From Chrysomallon squamiferum (lineage: Eukaryota; Animalia; Mollusca): DNA of 64,000 nucleotides. How positions within the stretch are numbered: position 1 is the stretch's first letter; each line of letters begins with the position of its first letter. The notes beneath the pieces were generated by a model. That model was not told where the DNA came from. It made no database searches and was given only the letters and a program-made list of their open reading frames with translations. The stretch covers positions 15,562,001-15,626,000 of the forward strand of contig CM022665.1 of assembly GCA_012295275.1 (NCBI GenBank), read 5' to 3'. Made by a program: the position numbers and the translations under genes. Shown here in pieces: positions 57,558 to 64,000 of the stretch.

Positions 57558-60500
57558 CTAAAGCCATACTTTGACTTGGTCAGGGAAGCATTGTTATATT
57601 GCATATTACTTATCATTAAAATAAAAAATTTATTGCTTTTGTGGGAGAACGTTGAAAATATTTGCTCCAAAAAGTAATATTTTGTTGCATTTCTTAAAAC
57701 CTTGTTAAACCATTGTTTTTCAACAAAATATGATTGTTAAATTAAAGCAGTAATTTCTTATAGGTCAGGATGACACCTTGTTACTTTCCACTTTAGTATT
57801 CATTTTTATTATTGTCTTTTCATCAAACAATAGAATAACTGCATTGATGTTATAAAAAATCATTTACTATTGTTTAACAGTTTATAGCTATGTTTTTTTC
57901 TGGAATGTTACTCATCTGAAATACTGATGTAATGATAAAAATTTGTTTTATTTTAGGGGACAGTATTAATTAAGAATGCTGAGGAATTGATGTCTTTAAG
58001 TAGCGGAGAGGAAAATCTCATTGAGCAGGTAAGCCTTAAAATATAATTGCAATGCATGTATATTGTTTTACACTAGAAGTTGCTGTTTACCTGTAAAAAT
58101 GGTAAATGTTAATGTTATCAACAAAATTCAGAAATGGCATTCCATAAATGCACTATAGTTTATTAAAGGCAGTGGTATAACAGATGTTAGGTAACATCTA
58201 TTAATAATCATTTGCTTCTTATCATTAATAAAGGAGAATGCCTGCTGCAGTTATTCCATTTTCTTTTCTTACTGATGTTCCTACAGAGGAAATACACATA
58301 GTTGATATGTAATTATTCTAAACCATTTCATAAAACTGAGATGACAAATATTTATTCATTCTGTTTGCAGGAAATTAAGGCCATAGCAGACACTGGTGTT
58401 ACTGTGGTGGTAACTGGTGGCAAGGTGGGAGATCTGGCCCAGCACTTCTGTAACAAATATCACCTGATGATTGTCCGCCTCATGTCTAAGTGGGACCTCA
58501 GGAGGTTGTGCAAGTCGGTTGCTGCAACTGCTTTACCCAAAATTGTGAGTCTTGGCCTTTAATGTTTCATTCTTGTTATTGTTAGTGGTAGTAGCAGCAG
58601 CAGTGTAAGCAGTTGCTTATATAGATGTCATTACGGTTTTTAATATGCATACTAGGCAGCATATGTTGTTTTGTGTCAGGTAACAGAAATATTGAAAATT
58701 TGTGTTATATATTTGAGGTGAAATGTGCATTAGTTAGACATCAAATCATTACATATACTGTGTTACGGTTTTTCAAATAAATATATTCCAAACTCATTAA
58801 TATTTGATGAGGATGTTTAAACAAAAGTATTTTGAAAATTTTCTTAAATATTTTTTCCCCATCTTTTTGTCACAGACCGCACCAACATCAGAAGAAGCTG
58901 GTTTTTGTGACCATGTTTATGTTGATGAAATAGGTGACACCCCTGTTATTGTTTTTAAACAGGGTAAGTTTGTAATTATTTCTCCTTATTTGAATTTATC
59001 ACAACTAGCATGTCTGTTTGGAAATGTTACATGACTGGTGCCCAGGAAAATGTGGAAACTTTTAAAAGTCTCTATGTTGTAGGATATCATTAGGTGAAAT
59101 ATATTATTTGAAGTGCAAGTTCATCATTTTGGCACCTTTAATGACGATGAGTTGGTTTCAGAAAGCTAGCAAATAGTACAAAAATGTGGTAAAAACTGAA
59201 CTGTACAAAATATTAAAATAGACTTAAGTATTCAGAAATGGTGGATTTTCTTTTGTTGCTCTGCATAAATTCAAAACACATGATTATGTTATATGATGTC
59301 TATGTACGAAACACACAAGCACAGCTTTGCCATATAAATAAAAAAAATAATAATGAAGAAATGTTTTATTCAGATGCTGAAGAAACCTCAGTAGCAACTG
59401 TTGTAATCCGAGGATCCACAGATAACATAATGGATGACATTGAACGTGCCATTGATGATGGTGTTAATACATTCAAGACCCTGACAAAGGTGAAGCAGTG
59501 TTTTTATTTTATTATATAAGAAAAAATATGAGTTATATGTATATGGAGTCAGTCACTGAATTTGGAAATTTTTGTACAATACAGTTTTAAGGTGACTAGT
59601 GGTCATTTCTAAATTGATTAAATTTGAGAAATTTCACTTTATAACAGAAATAATCAGTAAAATCTGGTGTTTTTATCTGAATCAGAACTGCAGTTAGTAA
59701 AACTATAGCAAAAATTTTGTAATTCCTTATTCCAGTAATAGTCTATATGTTATTGATCCTTTATTAATCATACCCAGATGTGTCTGAAATTCAAAATAAG
59801 TGGAACCAAATGTGTTTAACATAATAAATTATTTTTCTTCACTTACAAACTTAGATAATTTTTGAATTTCATAATGCAAAACGGTGTCAGTCTGTTGTTT
59901 TAGCAAACTTTATTTATTTATTTATTTTTATTTTATTTATTGTTAAAGGACCCAAGATATCTGGCAGGAGGAGGGGCAACTGAGATAGAATTAGCTAAAC
60001 AAATCACAACATATGGAGAGGTAAATATATTAAACTAAATAATAATAATAATAAATGTTTTGGTTTTTTTTAAATATCTGTATATATTTAATAATAGGTT
60101 ATTTAGAGGGATTAGATGATAAAGTTATTAAGTAAGCATAATACATTTTATTTTTAATATGTAGATTTATGTTGTTAAAGTGCCTGATACAGATTGAAAT
60201 ATTAAAGAAATTATGTGCATGATGCCCTAAAAATATTTGCAGTTACAGTGTGTTTACAACTGATAAAAACAGCTAAGTAAATGCAGACGTTGAAGGCAAT
60301 ATGCAGGAATGTTTAGTTATGTGAGGTGTGTGATGATCATGTTAACAGAATGATGAAATAATATTCTTTCATCTTGCATTTTGAATGTTTTTGTTTGCGG
60401 AAGATGGACAGTTCACCGTTTCCTTGAAAACATTTATTTAAAAAAAATATATATATATATATTTTTTTTTTTCTCTTTTAATTGAAAGTTATAACTGTTA

Positions 60501-62201
60501 TTACTTTTCTAATATTATTTAAAAATTCAATAAAATCTAAAATAACTAATTCTTTCAGAGTTTACCTGGATTAGAACAGTATGCTGTTAAGAAATACGCA
60601 GAATCTTTAGAAGCAATTCCAAGAGCATTGGCAGAAAACACTGGAGTCAAGGTAAGTCTATATGAATATTTTAGTCTGTTATAAAAATCAGATATTGTAA
60701 ATGGTATGTAACTAATCTTCATTATGATTCACTATTTGGAAGTTACACAGTAGTTAATGACAACAGAAATGTAAATGAAGAATTGACATTTATTTACCAA
60801 TGATAATACAAAAAAATATTCTTACTCTGATAGAATAGTAAATTATGTTTAACCATTGAAATGTTAATTTCTGAAAATGAATTGAATAGTTAGATTATTT
60901 TTATTTTGTTACTGTAGAGATATATTTTGTTATAAAATGAATAGCAAAAACTGTCTGGAATTGTGTTATTAAAATGGATAAATTTGTTTTCCAGGCTACT
61001 GAAGTTTTGGCCAAGTTGTATGCTGCACATCAAAAAGGAGAGAAGACATTTGGTGTTGACATTGAGGTATTTTATTGCTTTTCACATTATAATATGATGT
61101 AAGTTTCAAAGACAGAATCTCTAATAGGAGTTAAGTACAGGATGAGAGACAGGACATAATTCCAGCATAAAGCATTTTCAGAAAGACAATACAAGGAAAC
61201 TTACCATAATGTTCTAAGCTTACTTACAATTTTGTGTTAACTGAGGTCAGATAGTGCAAATATTAAAAAAAATAAAAATGTTTATGTTCTACAATTTGAA
61301 GATATTCGTGTTTACTTTAATGTCTGATAGCTGAAAACAAAATCACAAATACTTTAATCCAAAAAATATATATATATATATTATTAAATTTTTTATTACG
61401 TCTCTTGCCAATAAAATAAAAAATAGTAATATTAATGAAAACAACCTGAAATTTAATTATCTTCAAACATGTTTTACTAAACCATGGAACTAACACAAAT
61501 AAAATGGGGGGCAGATGATAAATACGTTAAACAATTTTTATTTTGGTTGTGTTGAAGCCAGTAATTCCAAGCCTAGTAATTAAACAAGTATGGAAAATAA
61601 TAATAAAAACAGATGTCAGATATTGTTTCGCCTGATCAAATACCAGATTTGATAAGTCCATTTTGGATTTTCCAATTTCAGGGAGATACTGCTTCAGTAA
61701 CTGACTGCAAGAAAAAAGAAATCTTTGACGTGTTCATCTCAAAACACTGGGGAATGAAATTTTCTACAGCTGCAGCATGTACTGTACTCAAAGTGGATCA
61801 GGTGATTTATTCTTTTTAGTGAATATTAATCTTTTTTTTTTCTCTCTCTTTATTTTTTGTTTATTAAATGTATTTTGTGGGGTTGCAAGTCACTGAAATT
61901 AATAATTCATTAAAAATAGATTTGGAATAGTTAAACTTTCATTTACTAATAAAATTTAAAAAATAATGTAGATTTCTTTAGAAGTTTTAATGTTATAAAA
62001 TGTTTGATATTCAGTCTTAAATGATGACAAAAATAAATAATGTGCTGAGTTATGGTAATAAAAACCAATACATATCTATTGCTTCACCTTCCCCAAAAAT
62101 TTATTTTAAATCCAATTTATTTATTATTATTTCAGATCATAATGGCCAAGCCTGCAGGTGGACCAAAAGCTAAGGAGAACAAAGACTGGGATGAAGATTA
62201 A
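50133..62201 (+). CDS. CCT8: T-complex protein 1 subunit theta (CCT/TRiC chaperonin), 16 exons, 544 aa
   Basis: Exons 50133-50192, 51475-51565 (GC donor), 51988-52199, 53813-53882, 54438-54566, 55071-55132, 57135-57272, 57957-58028, 58371-58544, 58876-58963, 59374-59489, 59949-60020, 60559-60651, 60995-61066, 61682-61801, 62136-62201 total 1635 nt in one frame. Peptides MAMHVPMAPGFAQMLKEGA, VINHLEKLFVTNDAATILRELEVQHPAAK, GDGTN, SKWDLRRLCK and IIMAKPAGGPK...DWDED are CCT8-specific. Confidence 0.97.
51367..51440 (-). pseudogene. Duplicated fragment of macoilin exon 2 (3' half plus donor site) inside CCT8 intron 1
   Basis: 66/74 nt are identical, without gaps, to 40292-40365. It translates FEYLWPLWLLTRSVYDSFM*QGL versus FEYLWPFWLLMRSVYDSFKYQGL, and keeps CTG|GTATG. 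Confidence 0.88.
53050..53510 (-). mobile_element. Decayed L2/CR1-group LINE ORF2 C-terminal fragment in CCT8 intron 3
   Basis: Minus-strand translation with stops and frameshifts gives LDSNVTMEQQVNVICQSSY, RQYLTGVATKTLVNELDIVLDYCNGLLHDLP, HILSVLKELHW and AALSLWNLL...FK. This is the motif order of L2-type ORF2 ends (LDYCN.LL, HI...L..LHW, LWN.LP). Confidence 0.8.
55816..56472 (+). mobile_element. Non-autonomous pogo/Tigger-type DNA transposon remnant in CCT8 intron 6
   Basis: TA on both flanks. Imperfect TIRs CAGTAACATCTCGCTTAA and revcomp CAATAATACCTCAGATTAA. The internal peptide KKRKIITLETKYIILN (from 56133) resembles the N-terminus of CENP-B/pogo transposases. Confidence 0.65.
56556..56695. 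repeat. Compound AAG/AAT/AAC/GAT trinucleotide low-complexity tract
   Basis: Direct reading; it explains ORF 56477-56692. Confidence 0.85.
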
Positions 62202-62562
62202 TGACAAATTATGCTGATACTGTAATATTTGTTATTCCATAGTTTGAACAATGTTACCTTTCCTCTATCCCAAACACAGATCTCTTTGAAAATAACATTT
62301 TATTTTAGGCCTGACAGAGATGGAATTTGCCGTAGACTTTTCTATGAAAACAAAACGGTGAAGAAAATTTACAAAACAAATAATAATAATTTAGCTCTAA
62401 GATTTTCACACACAAAAACTTCATCATTTATTTACCATTTGCTTACATTTCATTGAAAAACTCTTTTGTTTTGTAATAATTTTCTGATAATGAATAAATA
62501 TATTGAAAAAAATTAAAATAATCATCTTGGTTTTGTTTTCCAATTTCTTAATACTGTAAAAA

Positions 62563-62596
<34 letters not shown>

Positions 62597-64000
62597 TATA
62601 CATACAGTATCTTGTGATTATGTGAGAATGTACCTGGAAATTATTCACAGGAATCTATGATATTGGAAGCAGATGATAACTTAGTTGTTAAACACTGAAG
62701 TATGAAGAGGTCTAGGGACTGATTTAGTGTGAGCATATATATTTCATTTACCCCCCACAACTTATTCAAATGTATTCCTGTTTTCATAACAAATAATGCT
62801 TTATATATTTTTAAATTCAGAGATTAATTTATTATAAAATGGATTTTATATAAAAATAGTTTTGTGTATGTACAAATGAAACCTAATTTTGTAGTATATC
62901 TTAATTACAATTTTAAATGGATTACTTTGAGAATGTTTATCAATAAACAACCTCCATTTTATTTCTGAACTGATACAAACACCCGTTTATGTTTTGGTGT
63001 CTGTTACAGGGATATTCCGCTTTAATGGAATAGTTTATCAAAATGGTTACATATCCAAGTAAACGGGGAGTAAATGGGTAGGTATTGATGAACTGCTGTA
63101 AAATTTCCAAGTTGTGGCATACCCAATAAAATTATGCTGATATAAGTTACTCTTTCATGTCTGTCGTCTTTTTATTTTATTTTATTTTTTTTTTAAATAA
63201 TAATATAATAATAGTAGTAGTAATAGTAATAATTAATCATTTCTGCAAGAAAATAGATTTTAAAGTTTTTTGTGCATATTTTAATTATTTTTTCGTTAAG
63301 ATTTTCCATTCTAAGCCAAACATTTACTCAGCAAAATCAAATTTATAGATCTGTATATTTTTTTTTCTCTTCAAAGAAAAGGAAGAAAAAGATGTTTATA
63401 AAATTATGAAACTTTAATGGAGAGCAAGAAAGTCGGAACACTGACCAAAGGAATCGGTTGTATTTAACTTGAAAATGTAGCGCTGCAGAAAGAAAAGGAT
63501 CTCGTCTCTTCTATACACATTGATCTGCTTGCTGCTTATTCTAAACAGTGGAGGAAAGCGAAACAGCCCCAGATGAACCATGATCGTGCTGCCATTATGC
63601 AGCTCTTTTCATTAGGTCACAACAGTGTATGCACTTTTTTCCATTATAGCCATTTTGATAAGCCAGCTGTGTACTTTTGTAAAAGGAAAAGTCTATTTTG
63701 TGCATATTGAAACCATTAAATTACATGATTAAAGCATCTACTGAAGTCCTGTGATCTAGTATAATTATTATGACACCCATTCTGGACTTTATTTGACACG
63801 TGCATGATGTCATTTCTTGGTGAGCTAAATGTACGTGGTATGTCAAATGTTTATAACAAATAACATGGCATTCCACTATGTTTTATAGGCCTACCTGCAT
63901 GGTTTTATGTACATGCATGTCCGTTTATGGTAAATGACTACGCTGATTATATAAGACATCTCAAAAGAGAAGACTGGTTGTTCATATATAAAAAAAACTG

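Noticed and set aside
63410-63620. GC-richer island after CCT8
   Set aside because: No sustained ORF or recognisable RNA; context is cut off by the window end.

Overview
AT-rich, intron-rich animal genomic DNA (probably an invertebrate; the species cannot be fixed from sequence). I spliced five complete protein-coding genes by hand, checking exon phases: a C11orf65/MFI-like gene (-, 12 exons), TMEM35/NACHO (-, 3 exons), LANCL3 (+, 4 coding exons), macoilin/TMEM57 (-, 12 exons) and CCT8 (+, 16 exons). TMEM35/LANCL3 and macoilin/CCT8 each form a head-to-head pair. Introns hold a mariner-type MITE, a pogo/Tigger-type deletion derivative, a decayed L2/CR1-type LINE fragment, a dispersed foldback repeat and many microsatellites. 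Most ORFs in the supplied track are low-complexity noise or antisense shadows of exons. I found no clearly new multi-gene system. The most unusual observations are: an ~89% identical copy of macoilin exon 2 (with its donor site) inside CCT8 intron 1; two phase-required GC-AG introns; a PAM2-like motif at the macoilin C-terminus; a second IQ-like exon in the MFI-like gene; a perfect 19-bp inverted repeat in a divergent promoter; and a structured RNA candidate in CCT8 intron 1. Gene names come from my recollection of the vertebrate proteins, not from a database search.
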